This document shows, piece after piece, positions 18,026 to 28,399 of a stretch of DNA of 54,035 nucleotides. The notes beneath the pieces were generated by a model, which saw only the letters and a list, made by a program, of their open reading frames with translations, was not told the DNA's origin and did not search any database. The DNA is from Thermoproteota archaeon (GTDB lineage Archaea > Korarchaeota > Korarchaeia > B14-G2): the NCBI GenBank assembly GCA_037917675.1, contig JAVCBW010000057.1, forward strand, positions 1 through 54,035, read 5' to 3'. Numbering within the stretch: position 1 is the stretch's first letter; the number at the start of each line of letters is the position of its first letter. A program made the position numbers and the translations under genes.

Positions 18026-19150
18026 ATGCTTGCCGCATCCTTCGATCTCGGTGGCGTGCTAGCTGGCAGTGTAGCTCTCATGTTAGAAGCTCTGATATGG
18101 CGTGCTCCATGGATCCTAGTGATGTACCCTCCTCTACTCCAGGTCAGAGGTATCGTTAATGGTGCTCTCTGCGGTAGGCTCACTACATCACTCCATACAG
18201 GCCTCGTCTACCCTAAGCTCAGAGGGAACACTGAGTACTTCACAGCTATGGTAGCTAGCACCATGCTCTCAGCTTCCATAGGAGGACTCCTCGTCGGCTC
18301 TGCTACCCTAGCTGGCAGCCTCCTCGTAGCCACCCGCCTACACCCAGCTATAGCTTTAGCCATAGCCCTGTGCTCCAGCGTCCTCTCAATATGCTTCACA
18401 GTACCAGCTACACTAGCTGTCGCCATAATGACATTCCGAAGAGGTTGGGACCCAGACATCTTCACATATCCTGTGATGTCTACCTTTGCTGATGTAGCTG
18501 TCACAGCTAGCTATGCTACAGTAGTCTATATTACATTCCTGAGCACTAGAGCCTTATGGCTGGGAGCTATCCTAGCTGCAGTCTTCACCCTCATAGTAGC
18601 TATGAGGTGGGCTAGAGAAGCTGAGGCTAAGAGGATGCTTAGAGAGAACATAGCTGTCATGATGCCGCTAGCAGCACTAGGGACAGTCACAGGAAGCATC
18701 CTGTCAACTCTAAGAGAAGAAATCCTCTCCATGAAAGGGCTCCTCGTCGTATACCCCTCACTCATAGACTCACAGAGCACCGTAGGGTCTATAGTAGGAT
18801 CTTTAGCTACCACCCAGCTTGCACTAGGGTACATGAAGCCTAAGCTAGCTGAGCTCAGGAGATGCACAGCTGACATAGCAGCAGTCTTCATAGCTGCATC
18901 AGTCATGTACCTAACCTATGGGCTGATAGGCAGCCTAGTGAGTGGGAGGATGGAAGTAGCTCTAGTGAGCCTCTCAGCATACCTCATATGCTTCTCCCCC
19001 ATAGTTCTCATAACCTATCTGATAGCGATGTCATCATTCAGAGGAGGCTGGGATCCAGATGCGCTAGTCAACCCAGCTGTAAGCTCGCTAGCAGACCTCA
19101 TCATGACAGCTGCTCTGGCAGCTAGCCTAGCTCTCCTGAAAGCTACATAG
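18026..19150 (+). CDS. MgtE-type divalent cation transporter (two membrane domains)
   Basis: Duplicated RG..G....RL.T.LH.G and G.DPD....P......D motifs (GWDPDIFTYPVMSTFAD; GWDPDALVNPAVSSLAD); many TM helices. Confidence 0.85.
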   Translation: MLAASFDLGGVLAGSVALMLEALIWRAPWILVMYPPLLQVRGIVNGALCGRLTTSLHTGLVYPKLRGNTEYFTAMVASTMLSASIGGLLVGSATLAGSLLVATRLHPAIALAIALCSSVLSICFTVPATLAVAIMTFRRGWDPDIFTYPVMSTFADVAVTASYATVVYITFLSTRALWLGAILAAVFTLIVAMRWAREAEAKRMLRENIAVMMPLAALGTVTGSILSTLREEILSMKGLLVVYPSLIDSQSTVGSIVGSLATTQLALGYMKPKLAELRRCTADIAAVFIAASVMYLTYGLIGSLVSGRMEVALVSLSAYLICFSPIVLITYLIAMSSFRGGWDPDALVNPAVSSLADLIMTAALAASLALLKAT

Positions 19151-19291
19151 CATACATGGCTGCCTTCAAGCGAGCTCCAGCAGATGCTACGTGTCCACTT
19201 CAGCACCACAGCAGCGTGAAGAGGCAGCTCAGCTTGCTCCGTAGCAGAGGTATGCTGAAAGCTTATATCTGCTCATACCCTATATGCTGTA

Positions 19292-20161
19292 ATGAAAGTG
19301 CTGGTAGCTGGCTTGCTTCCACACGACTCCGGGAAGACCTCTGTAGCTGCTTCACTTACATCAGAGCTGAGAGCTAGAGGAGTTGATGCTGTGGCAGCTA
19401 AGCCAGTTGGCGCACACAGCGCTTGGAGCCAGCACCACACAGTTAAGCTGAGCTTTGAGCTGGGCTTGCTGGTTGGAGAGGACGCATACATCCTCTGGAA
19501 TGCATCTGAGAGAGCTGAGCCTATAGAGCTTATGTCACCACTAGACGTGATGACAGCTCCACCAGACCTAGCTAAAGCCAGGCTCTATGCTACACAGCTC
19601 ACACATCAAGCTGTGCTGATCAGAGTAAGCCAGCTCTCAGAAGCTCTCATCCAGAGCAGGCATCTAGCCATCTCAGAGAACATGGCCTCAACCACCCCAC
19701 CCCTAAGGAGCAAGCTAGAGAAGCTAGCTTCAGAGCTTAAAGCAGCCCCAGTTGAGAGAAGCAGGGTAGCTGACATCATCCTAGAGGCCTCTACTGACGC
19801 TGAGAGAAGCCTCAGAGAGCTGGAGAGCAGGCATGAGCTCACCATAGTAGAGTCCTATAACGACGCTGTAGCCCCAACACCCAGCTTAAACTACTATGCT
19901 GTGATAGCTGTCGCCCCAGGGAGAGCTCTAGTATACTGGGGAGACAGGTATAGGCTTGCAGCCAAGGCAGCCAGATACCAGTCAAACCAGCTTACAACAG
20001 ACAAGATAGCCCCTCTGCTGACACCAGCCTACACAGTCCCACTCTACCCGAGAGAAAAGAGCTCCCTATACACTCCGAGAGAGGACACAGAGAAGCTAGC
20101 TGAAATCATGCTAAAAGCTCTAGAAGAGCAAACCACCACAGAGAGCAGCCGCCCCCTATAG
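19292..20161 (+). CDS. Archaeal predicted P-loop ATPase/GTPase (DTBS/MinD-like; COG4028-like)
   Basis: LVAGLLPHDSGKT, KPVGAH..W, IVESYND. Confidence 0.75.
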   Translation: MKVLVAGLLPHDSGKTSVAASLTSELRARGVDAVAAKPVGAHSAWSQHHTVKLSFELGLLVGEDAYILWNASERAEPIELMSPLDVMTAPPDLAKARLYATQLTHQAVLIRVSQLSEALIQSRHLAISENMASTTPPLRSKLEKLASELKAAPVERSRVADIILEASTDAERSLRELESRHELTIVESYNDAVAPTPSLNYYAVIAVAPGRALVYWGDRYRLAAKAARYQSNQLTTDKIAPLLTPAYTVPLYPREKSSLYTPREDTEKLAEIMLKALEEQTTTESSRPL

Positions 20162-20169
20162 GGCAAGTG

Positions 20170-20700
20170 AAGATCAGCTAGAGGGTCTTCCACAAACCTG
20201 ATGTTCAAGAGCTCATGCTTCGATGCTATACTATGCTTCAGGCCTATGTATCACCTAATACACAAAGTCCACAGAGCCATGGCTGCCAGAGAGATCCACA
20301 GAGCCCCTAAGCGTAGAGGCTTAGCCTTCATCTCAGGGATAGGCCTCCCTGGAGTCTATGGAGCAGCTGTGGAAAGGCAGCCTGAGCAGCTCTTAAAGGA
20401 TCCTCACAGAGGTGTCTAAGAGAGGAGTATACAGAGCTAAGTGATATGAGCCTAGCTCAGTAGTGTTCACAGAAGCATACTTCCGGAAGCCTTCTGGAGC
20501 CCAAGAGGTATATGGAGCCTTTTAGCTTGAGACCCTTGAGCTAGCTACCTGTGAGTATATTGTGACACATCTCGGTGAGCAGGTGGATACCGCAAGCAGA
20601 GATAGAGAGGAGTGGAGCAGGCTGCTTGAGCTCATGATAAAGACATCAAACGATTCAAGCATAGTAGGCTACACTGAGCGCTTCATATGGTAGAAGGCTC
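20170..20700 (+). pseudogene. Class I SAM-dependent methyltransferase remnant
   Basis: FDAILCFRPMYHL...AAREIHR...GLAFIS in the ORF track; downstream frames give VFTEAYF, LETLELATCE and WSRLLEL...DSSIVG, broken by stops and frameshifts. No N-terminal GxGxG. Confidence 0.55.
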
Positions 20701-20793
20701 TGATACCCTCCTACTGAAAGGTTTTCTGGCACCAGTACTTGTAGGGAAAGGGATGGCGAGTCAGGTGCATTGACTGAAGTGTCCTCAAGTCAT

Positions 20794-20828
20794 AGTGTTA
20801 CCTTTCTATTACTTGGTAACACTTATAA
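20794..20828 (+). promoter_or_regulatory. Palindromic operator abutting the TATA box of the chelatase operon (NikR-like geometry)
   Basis: AGTGTTACC(20794-20802)-N12-GGTAACACT(20815-20823), perfect 9-bp arms; core GTGTTA-N16-TAACAC spans 28 bp; TTATAA at 20823-20828. Confidence 0.7.
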
Positions 20829-20877
20829 GGAGAGGGGTCCCAGGGACCTGTACGAGGCTTCAGGCTAGAGATGTAGG

Positions 20878-21018
20878 GTGATCACGATACCTGCAGCCCT
20901 TACCTCAGCTTGTAGTGTCATAGCTCATGGATCACCATCATGGATCAAGCATCCCATGATAGGGGCTATAGTAGCTGCATTCCTCTACCTGATAGCATTC
21001 AGCATTGTAGGAGGTTGA
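20878..21018 (+). CDS. Small (46 aa) putative membrane protein leading the chelatase operon
   Basis: Manual translation from GTG: MITIPAALTSACSVIAHGSPSWIKHPMIGAIVAAFLYLIAFSIVGG; ends 4 bp before the chelatase start and carries its GGAGG RBS. Could be a gene remnant. Confidence 0.4.
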   Translation: MITIPAALTSACSVIAHGSPSWIKHPMIGAIVAAFLYLIAFSIVGG

Positions 21019-21022
21019 GAAG

Positions 21023-24000
21023 TTGAGTAAATGTAGGATAACTATGGTTGGCTATCAGTTTAGGCCCTGTCTCTGGGATGCTGTCAGGAAAGTTAATGAT
21101 GCCATTGGAGGAGCTCTTGAATTCCACTTCTATAACACTTATGATGTTGATGAGAAGCTAGTTGATCTTCAGAGGTTCATTGAGGACTTGAGAAGCTCTC
21201 ACGTTGTTCTGATTGACGTTAGAGGAGGAGACCTCGTAAGCAAGATCATTTGCGAGGAGCTTAAGGAGTCAAGGAACACTGTCGTCGTCTTCGTCGGCGG
21301 CTCTCCAGAGATAATCAGCCTCACTAGGCTTGGAAGCTTCTCTCTCCGTAAGCTCGTAGGCTTGAGAGAGAAGCCTTTGATCAGGAGGGTCTTTAAGAGG
21401 GGTAGGCTCGACTATGGAGCAACTCTGAGGATGCGAGATAGGTTTGAGAAGCTTGGAGACATTATTCCTATCGGTATGCTTAAGCATGCCAGAAACTACA
21501 GCCTGCTTCTAAAATACTACGACTACCCAACACTTCAAAACTACTATGCAATGCTCCTGCTATTGCTGAAGGAATATTGCAAGGTCAGGGTTGATGTTGA
21601 AGTCCCTGAGCCTATCGTCATGCCTTCAATGGGGGTCATAGACTTTGACAAAAATGAGACTTTTACAAGCCTTCAAAGCTACCTCCAACAATACAAGTTT
21701 AGAGGCAGGCCGCTAGCTGGCATACTCTTTTATGGTGGCTACCACTATGACCAGTCTTATCCAGCAGCAAGGCTCCTCGCAGAAAAGCTTGAGAATCTTG
21801 GCTTAGGCGTCATACCTGTCTTCTGCTCTGATCTAAGATATTATCTTGCCATAGAAAACTTCATGTTCCTAGAAGGCAAGCCTGCTATAGACGTCCTCAT
21901 CGATCTCTTATGGTTTAGGCTAGCTGGAGGCCCTATCGGTGGAGACCACAGCATAACTAGAAGCGTTCTCCTGAGGCTGGATGCTCCTGCCTTGCATGGA
22001 GTACACCTGTCATCAAAGACTGTTGAGGAGTGGCTTGAGTCTACAGGGCTACCTCCAGTAGAGACAGTTACGGCTGTCATCTTACCTGAGCTCGATGGGA
22101 GAAATGAGCCTATAGTCACCCACGCAGTGAGAAAGAGGCTTGCTGAGGGAGTAAAGCTAGAGGAGTACGTTGCTATCGGAGACCGTGTTGAGAGGCTTGC
22201 TCAGAGAGCTGCAAGGTGGGTAAACCTGAAGAGGAAGCAGAACAGTGAGAAGAGGATAGCGATAGTAATCTATAACTATCCACCTGGAGAGGAGAACCTT
22301 GGGAAGGCTGCCTACCTCGACGTCTTTGAGAGCCTATCTAGGCTACTAAAGGCCTTGAAGGATAGAGGCTATAGTGTAGCTAGCGTGCCTTCAGGCAGAG
22401 AGCTAAGAGACCTACTCATCTCCAAGGGAGTCGTTAACTCCGGAGAGTGGGTGCAGCCTTCAGATGAGTCCATCTGCGTCTCCATAGAGAAGTACAGCAG
22501 GTGGCTCAGTAGCCTTCCAGAGAGGCCACTACAGCAGGTGCTGAAGGAGTGGGGTAGCCCACCAGGCCATATCATGGCATGTGACAGATCCCTGTTGATT
22601 CCAGGATTGATCCTTGGGAACGTGTTCATAGGGCTTCAGCCCTCAAGAGGCATCCATGAGGACCCAGCTAAAATATACCATGACAAGAATCTGCCACCTC
22701 ACCATCAGTACTTGGCCTTCTACAAGTGGATAAGAGACGAGTTTAAAGCTGATGCCATCATACACTTAGGAACCCATGGCACGCTTGAGTTCTTGCCTGG
22801 CAAGGAAGCTGGCTTGTCAGCAGAGTGCTTCCCAGACCTCTTGATAGCAGATCTACCCAACATATACGTCTACCATGCAGTCAACAGCTCAGAGTCCTCG
22901 ATAGCTAAGAGGAGGAGCTATGCTCTGATAGTAAGCCACGCTAGCCCTCCACTAGTAGACAGCGGCTTACATGGAGACTTCCAGGAGATCGAGAGGCTAG
23001 CAGCTGAATACTTCGATGCTCTGCAGTATAGTAGGGAGCAGGCTGAGGAAGCTGCTAGGAGGGTGCTGGAGAAAGCGGAGAAGTATGGGCTAGGTGGAAG
23101 CGTCGAGGAGGTCTATGACAGGATACAGGAGTTTAAGCGCTCGATCATACCTAAAGGCCTACACGTTCTCGGAGAGAAGCCTTCGCTAGATGAAGCTATC
23201 ACCTATCTGACAGCCCTATCGAGATATGATAGAGGCGAAATCAGCAGCCTACATAAGCTCATCATCGAATCCCAGGGCCTAGACTACCTGGAGGTCCTGG
23301 AGAAGCCCCACAGGGTAGCTCCAGATGGGAGGACATACGCTGAGATACTGAGTGATGCAGAGGAAGCTGTCAGGAAGATCATAGCAGAGTATCTCACTAG
23401 AGGCTCAATCCCAGCACTGAGCAGCATCGAAGTAGATAAGGTTAAGGAGGCTCTAAGGTTCCTAGAGCATGTCTATGAGAGGATGATGGCATCAGATGAG
23501 ATAGGTGCAGTGCTAAAAGCCCTTGATGGGAGGTTTATCGAGCCTGGGCCTGGAGGAGACTTCATCAGGACACCAGATGTCTACCCTACTGGAAGAAACA
23601 CGTATCAGCTTGATCCGACACTAATACCTACAGAAGTAGCTATGGAGAGAGGGAGGAAGATAGCTGAAGACTACCTTAAGAGCTTCTATCAGAAGCATGG
23701 GAGGTACCCTAGGGCGGTCAGCGTGGTTTTATGGGCCTTTGAAACCATGAAGACTGGAGGAGAGACAGTAGCTGCAATATTCCACCTCCTAGGCGTTAAG
23801 CCTGTCTGGAAAAGCCTTTACATCAGGGAGCTGGAGGTCATTCCGCTTTCAGAGCTCAACAGACCCAGGATAGATGTAGTGGTCACAATCTGTGGGATCT
23901 TCAGAGACACCTTCTATAACATCGTGGAGCTCCTAGACAGGGCTGTACACACTGTAGCAGAGCTTGATGAGCCAGAGGACATGAACTATGTGAGAGCAAG

Positions 24001-24757
24001 CATCCATGAGATGAGGGATACTCACGGTGAAGACGCTTACTTCAGGGTATTCGGCCCCCCAGAGGGCAGGTATGCTACAAGCCTAACTTCAATGATAGAG
24101 TCCTCTCAGTGGAGGAGTGAAGCTGAGCTTGTAAACGCATACCTGGAGAGCATGAAGTTCGCGTACGGGGAGAGGAAGCGGTGTGTAGAGTCTAGGAGGC
24201 TGCTGAGCTCCCTGCTATCAAATGTTGAAGTCGTAACCCAAGTGAGAGATAGCATCGACTATGAGATAACAGATCTAGACCACTACTATGAGTTTCTCGG
24301 TGGCTTAGCAAAGGCTGTTCAGAGTGAAAGTGGGAGAATGCCTATGGTCCTTGTCGCAGACACCACGAGGGAAGCTGTCAAGGTAGAGGATGCAAGAGAG
24401 TCTGTCAGGAGAGGAGTCGTAACAAGGACCATCAACCCTAAGTGGTTAGATGCTATGATCAAGCATGGCTACAATGGAGTAGCAAAGATAGCTGACCGAG
24501 TTGAGTACATGCTTGGCTTAGCTGCAACTCTGGGAGGGGTTGAGGACTGGATGTGGGACAGCATAGCTGAGAGCACAGTGTTTAACAGGGAGAGGTCAGA
24601 GAAGATGAAGAGAGCAAACATATTCGCTTACCGAAAGCTCATTAAAAGGCTGCTTGAAGCCGCGAAACGCGGGTACTGGAAGCCTGAGGAAGAGAGCATT
24701 GAGAAGCTTGAGGAGGAGTACCTAGAGACTGAGGGAGTGCTAGAGGAGGAAACTTGA
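21023..24757 (+). CDS. CobN/BchH-family class I chelatase large subunit
   Basis: PELDGRNEP, YNYPPG, QPSRG..., PPHHQY, HLGTHGTLEFLPGK, AKRRSYA, PTGRN, RPRIDV, DHYYEFLGG, NPKW..AM..HGY.G. Confidence 0.93.
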   Translation: MSKCRITMVGYQFRPCLWDAVRKVNDAIGGALEFHFYNTYDVDEKLVDLQRFIEDLRSSHVVLIDVRGGDLVSKIICEELKESRNTVVVFVGGSPEIISLTRLGSFSLRKLVGLREKPLIRRVFKRGRLDYGATLRMRDRFEKLGDIIPIGMLKHARNYSLLLKYYDYPTLQNYYAMLLLLLKEYCKVRVDVEVPEPIVMPSMGVIDFDKNETFTSLQSYLQQYKFRGRPLAGILFYGGYHYDQSYPAARLLAEKLENLGLGVIPVFCSDLRYYLAIENFMFLEGKPAIDVLIDLLWFRLAGGPIGGDHSITRSVLLRLDAPALHGVHLSSKTVEEWLESTGLPPVETVTAVILPELDGRNEPIVTHAVRKRLAEGVKLEEYVAIGDRVERLAQRAARWVNLKRKQNSEKRIAIVIYNYPPGEENLGKAAYLDVFESLSRLLKALKDRGYSVASVPSGRELRDLLISKGVVNSGEWVQPSDESICVSIEKYSRWLSSLPERPLQQVLKEWGSPPGHIMACDRSLLIPGLILGNVFIGLQPSRGIHEDPAKIYHDKNLPPHHQYLAFYKWIRDEFKADAIIHLGTHGTLEFLPGKEAGLSAECFPDLLIADLPNIYVYHAVNSSESSIAKRRSYALIVSHASPPLVDSGLHGDFQEIERLAAEYFDALQYSREQAEEAARRVLEKAEKYGLGGSVEEVYDRIQEFKRSIIPKGLHVLGEKPSLDEAITYLTALSRYDRGEISSLHKLIIESQGLDYLEVLEKPHRVAPDGRTYAEILSDAEEAVRKIIAEYLTRGSIPALSSIEVDKVKEALRFLEHVYERMMASDEIGAVLKALDGRFIEPGPGGDFIRTPDVYPTGRNTYQLDPTLIPTEVAMERGRKIAEDYLKSFYQKHGRYPRAVSVVLWAFETMKTGGETVAAIFHLLGVKPVWKSLYIRELEVIPLSELNRPRIDVVVTICGIFRDTFYNIVELLDRAVHTVAELDEPEDMNYVRASIHEMRDTHGEDAYFRVFGPPEGRYATSLTSMIESSQWRSEAELVNAYLESMKFAYGERKRCVESRRLLSSLLSNVEVVTQVRDSIDYEITDLDHYYEFLGGLAKAVQSESGRMPMVLVADTTREAVKVEDARESVRRGVVTRTINPKWLDAMIKHGYNGVAKIADRVEYMLGLAATLGGVEDWMWDSIAESTVFNRERSEKMKRANIFAYRKLIKRLLEAAKRGYWKPEEESIEKLEEEYLETEGVLEEET

Positions 24758-24773
24758 TAGCTGAGGTGTAGAT

Positions 24774-26720
24774 ATGCCACACCACATAAGATTCGTGTTC
24801 CCATTTACTGCGATAGTCGGTCAAGAGAAGATGAAGAAGGCTCTGTTACTAAACGCGATAAACCCGAGGATAGGTGGAGTTCTGATACGTGGGCAGAAGG
24901 GGACAGGGAAGTCAACAGCTGTGAGAGCTTTAGCTGACCTCCTTCCTGAGGTTAAGGTCGTGGAAGGCTGCCCATTCAACTGTAATCCAGATAACCCACT
25001 TGAAATGTGTGACTCATGCTATGAGCGATATGCTAGGGGAGAAGAGCTTAAGTGGGTCAAGAGGAAGGTTAAAATAGTTAACCTGCCGCTTAACGCCACT
25101 GTCGACAGGATTGCAGGGACGCTAGACATCGAGAGGGCATTAAAGGAGGGGATAAAAGCCCTCGACCCAGGGCTTTTAGCTGAAGCAAACAGAGGGATAC
25201 TCTATATCGATGAAGTCAACCTGCTAGACGACTACATAGCAGACATACTGCTTGATGCAGCTGCAAGCGGCGTAAACATAGTTGAAAGAGAGAACGTTTC
25301 AGTTGCCCACCCAAGCCGCTTCATCCTTATAGGCACCATGAACCCTGAGGAGGGTGAGCTTAGGCCACAGCTCCTAGACAGATTCGGGCTACAAGTAGAC
25401 GTCGAGCCGATAACTGACCCCAGCCTACTGATCGAGATCGTGAGGAGAGTAGAGGAGTTTGAAGCTGATCCTGTCAGCTTCATAGCAAAGTACGAGGGGA
25501 AGCAGAGGGAGCTAAGGCTTAGAATCGAGAAGGCCCGAGAGATCTTGCCTAGCGTGCAAATACCCGAAGACCTCCTCCACAGAATCGCAGACGCCTGCTC
25601 AAAGCTAGCTGTAAGCAATAGGGCTCCCATAGTGATAGCTAAGACAGCAAAAACCCTTGCAGCATTCCATGGGCGAAGCACAGTGGACAGAGACGACATT
25701 CTAGAGGCAATGGAGCTTGCACTACCCCATAGGATGAGGAAAAAGCCCTTTGAGAAGCCTTCCCTACCACGTGAGAAGCTGGAGGAGCTGATTTCAGGAG
25801 GCAGCTGTGAGAAGCATAGCATGGAAGCTGGGAGCTCAGGCCAGGAGAGAGGCAGTAAGCCTAGGAAAGAGCTTTTATTTAAAGCAAGCTCCCCAATCCA
25901 CGTGGACCTTGAAAGCCATGAGAGGTGGAAGCCTGCTGCCAGGAGAAGCGGGAGAAGGATAGCCATCAAGACTATAGGAGGTGGAAGAGGAGCTTATGTC
26001 TACAGCATGATCCCAAGGGGGGTAGCCTCTGACATAGCTATCGACGCAACAATAAGAGCTGCAGCTGCCCGTATTACAAGTAGAGGAGGCGGGAGCTTGA
26101 AGGTCAGAGAAGAAGACATCCGAGAGAAAGTTAGACGTGCTAAAGCTTCATCGCTAGTGACCCTAGTTGTCGATGCTAGCGGCTCAATGGCTGCTCGAAA
26201 GAGGATGGAAGCTGCGAAAGGAGCTGCGCTAGGGGTCTTAGCTAACGCCTACGTACACCGGGATAAGGTAGCCTTCATAGCATTCCGTGGAACCTCAGCT
26301 GAGCTCTTGCTCCCTCCGACAAGCAGTATAGATCTTGCACAGGAAGCCCTAAAAGAGCTGCCAACAGGAGGAAAAACCCCACTACCTCATGCACTCCTCA
26401 CCACACTAAACCTGATTCGATCTGAGAAGATGAGAAATAGAGTAGGGCTCAAGCCGCTAGTAGTACTAATTACAGACGGGAAGGCAAACATCTCCCTAGG
26501 AGGCGACATCAGGCAGGAGATCACAGAGATCTGTAGAAAGCTGAGGGAAGCTGGAGCCCAGCTGGCAGTAGTAGACGTTTCAAAAGACCTCTTCACACCA
26601 AACTACATCAGGGAGATAGTGGAGGCAGCTAACGCAAGACACATAAGAATAGAGAACCTATCAGGTACTAGCCTCCAGGAGGCGGTAGCAAGCATAGCTT
26701 CTGAAGGCACGCTCTCCTGA
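24774..26720 (+). CDS. Mg/Co chelatase ChlI/ChlD-type AAA+ ATPase with C-terminal vWA domain
   Basis: [44 protein letters not shown]; v[26 protein letters not shown]. Confidence 0.93.
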   Translation: MPHHIRFVFPFTAIVGQEKMKKALLLNAINPRIGGVLIRGQKGTGKSTAVRALADLLPEVKVVEGCPFNCNPDNPLEMCDSCYERYARGEELKWVKRKVKIVNLPLNATVDRIAGTLDIERALKEGIKALDPGLLAEANRGILYIDEVNLLDDYIADILLDAAASGVNIVERENVSVAHPSRFILIGTMNPEEGELRPQLLDRFGLQVDVEPITDPSLLIEIVRRVEEFEADPVSFIAKYEGKQRELRLRIEKAREILPSVQIPEDLLHRIADACSKLAVSNRAPIVIAKTAKTLAAFHGRSTVDRDDILEAMELALPHRMRKKPFEKPSLPREKLEELISGGSCEKHSMEAGSSGQERGSKPRKELLFKASSPIHVDLESHERWKPAARRSGRRIAIKTIGGGRGAYVYSMIPRGVASDIAIDATIRAAAARITSRGGGSLKVREEDIREKVRRAKASSLVTLVVDASGSMAARKRMEAAKGAALGVLANAYVHRDKVAFIAFRGTSAELLLPPTSSIDLAQEALKELPTGGKTPLPHALLTTLNLIRSEKMRNRVGLKPLVVLITDGKANISLGGDIRQEITEICRKLREAGAQLAVVDVSKDLFTPNYIREIVEAANARHIRIENLSGTSLQEAVASIASEGTLS

Positions 26721-27090
26721 TAAGTCCACATGAGCTTTAACAAGCCTCAAGCTCCGACCTCTAGTTACAGCTTAGCCTCGCCCACATAACGCAGTTGAAG
26801 CCTAGGCGAGCGTGGCAGCAGGCTACTAGTCTATGAGGAGCTCTTTCAGAGAGCTCAGCAAACTAAGCATGGAGTACAGGAGAGTAGAGAAGTGGGGGTA
26901 GAAGCTGCACTCTAGGTGAGAGTGTAGTTTCTAGCTTAACGCCCTGCTGCCTAAGCTGTCAGTGAGGGGAGGTGTGAGAGCAGCTTAGCTCCATGTGTCG
27001 AGCCCCTCCTTGGTTTGCTTTTAGGGTATGCTGGTGTAAGCTACGTGTGCGCAGGGAACGCTATTATACTGGGGTGATGAGGGGCTGTAT

Positions 27091-28125
27091 ATGAGGTGGC
27101 TGGATAGGCTGAGAGAGCTGAGTGAGGCTCCTGGGCCACCTGGCTGGGAGGATGCTGTCAGAAAGGTTCTCAGGAGAGAGCTTGAGGATGAGGCTGACAA
27201 GCTCTATGAGGATAGGCTTGGGAACCTGATTGCAGTGAAGAAGGGTGGAGAAGGCAGGGTGATGCTGGCAGCTCATATGGATGAGGTAGCTTTGATGGCT
27301 AGCTATCTTGAGGAAAGTGGGCTGATCAGGTTTGTCAGCTTAGGTAGAGTTGTCCCAGAGCAGATCTTAGCTCAGAGGGTCGTGGTCCACGCCAAGGAGG
27401 AGCTCAGAGGAGTAGTGGGGGTCATTCCAGCCCACCTAGCTGATAGGAGAGAGAAGATTGAGCTAGAAGACCTATACATTGACGTGGGGGCAGGTAGCAG
27501 GAGAGAGCTTGAGAAGCTTGGAGTCAAGCCTGGCTCCTACATCACATTCGATACGCCACTCGCCTATCAGGAGGAGACCAAGTCGATCATGGGTAAGGCT
27601 CTAGACAACAGGATAGGATGCATGGTGCTAGCTGAGGCCTTCAGGGAAGCTAGCCCAAGATACAGGCTCTACGCTGTCTTCACAGTCCAAGAGGAGAGAG
27701 GGCTGAGAGGAGCTCAGCCAGCAGCATACCATGTGAAGCCAGACCTAGCTATAGCTGTCGACTCTACCATAGCAGCTGACACACCAGAGACCCCAGAGCA
27801 TAAGGCTATCACAAGACTTGGAGGAGGCCCAGCTCTGAGAGTGATGGATAGAAAGCTGATAACCCCAAGGAGGCTCCTCGAGTTCATGGTGAGGGTAGCT
27901 GAGGAGGCTGGCGTGAGATATCAGCTTCAGCTCTCCCCAAGAAGCACAACAGACGCTTCAGCCATAAACCTAGCTAGAGAAGGAGTTCCAGCTGTAACTG
28001 TAGCAACCCCTGTAAGGTACATACATGCTCCAGTAAGCCTAGCTAAAGTAGAGGACATAGAGGAAACCATGAAGTACATGAGTGCTCTACTAGAAGCTCT
28101 AAACACATACCACATAGCACAATAG
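27091..28125 (+). CDS. M42 family metallo-aminopeptidase (TET-like)
   Basis: AAHMDEV, KALDNRIG, VQEERGLRGA, AVD, RYIH. Confidence 0.92.
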   Translation: MRWLDRLRELSEAPGPPGWEDAVRKVLRRELEDEADKLYEDRLGNLIAVKKGGEGRVMLAAHMDEVALMASYLEESGLIRFVSLGRVVPEQILAQRVVVHAKEELRGVVGVIPAHLADRREKIELEDLYIDVGAGSRRELEKLGVKPGSYITFDTPLAYQEETKSIMGKALDNRIGCMVLAEAFREASPRYRLYAVFTVQEERGLRGAQPAAYHVKPDLAIAVDSTIAADTPETPEHKAITRLGGGPALRVMDRKLITPRRLLEFMVRVAEEAGVRYQLQLSPRSTTDASAINLAREGVPAVTVATPVRYIHAPVSLAKVEDIEETMKYMSALLEALNTYHIAQ

Positions 28126-28399
28126 CCCTAGAGGATAGAGCTCTACTCAAGCAGCCTAAGCTCTACTGCAGCATGCTTCTAACCCTCCTGGAGCTAGATC
28201 AGCGAGATTACCCTCCTAGCCTGTGAAGCATAGCCTTTAGCAGCCTCACCATACAGCTTGGATAGCATATGGATGTAAATGCTTGCAGCAGCTTTAACCA
28301 GCTAGATCACAAGATGTATTGAGGGCTTCTCAATTACTCCAAGCTCACTGAAGCTCCTTCACACCAGACCACATCAAGGAAATAGTAGAGGCAGCCTTT

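Noticed and set aside
21023-26720. Evidence for (bacterio)chlorophyll synthesis
   Set aside because: BchH/CobN-like and ChlI/D-like genes are widespread in non-phototrophic archaea, and no other bch/chl genes are present.
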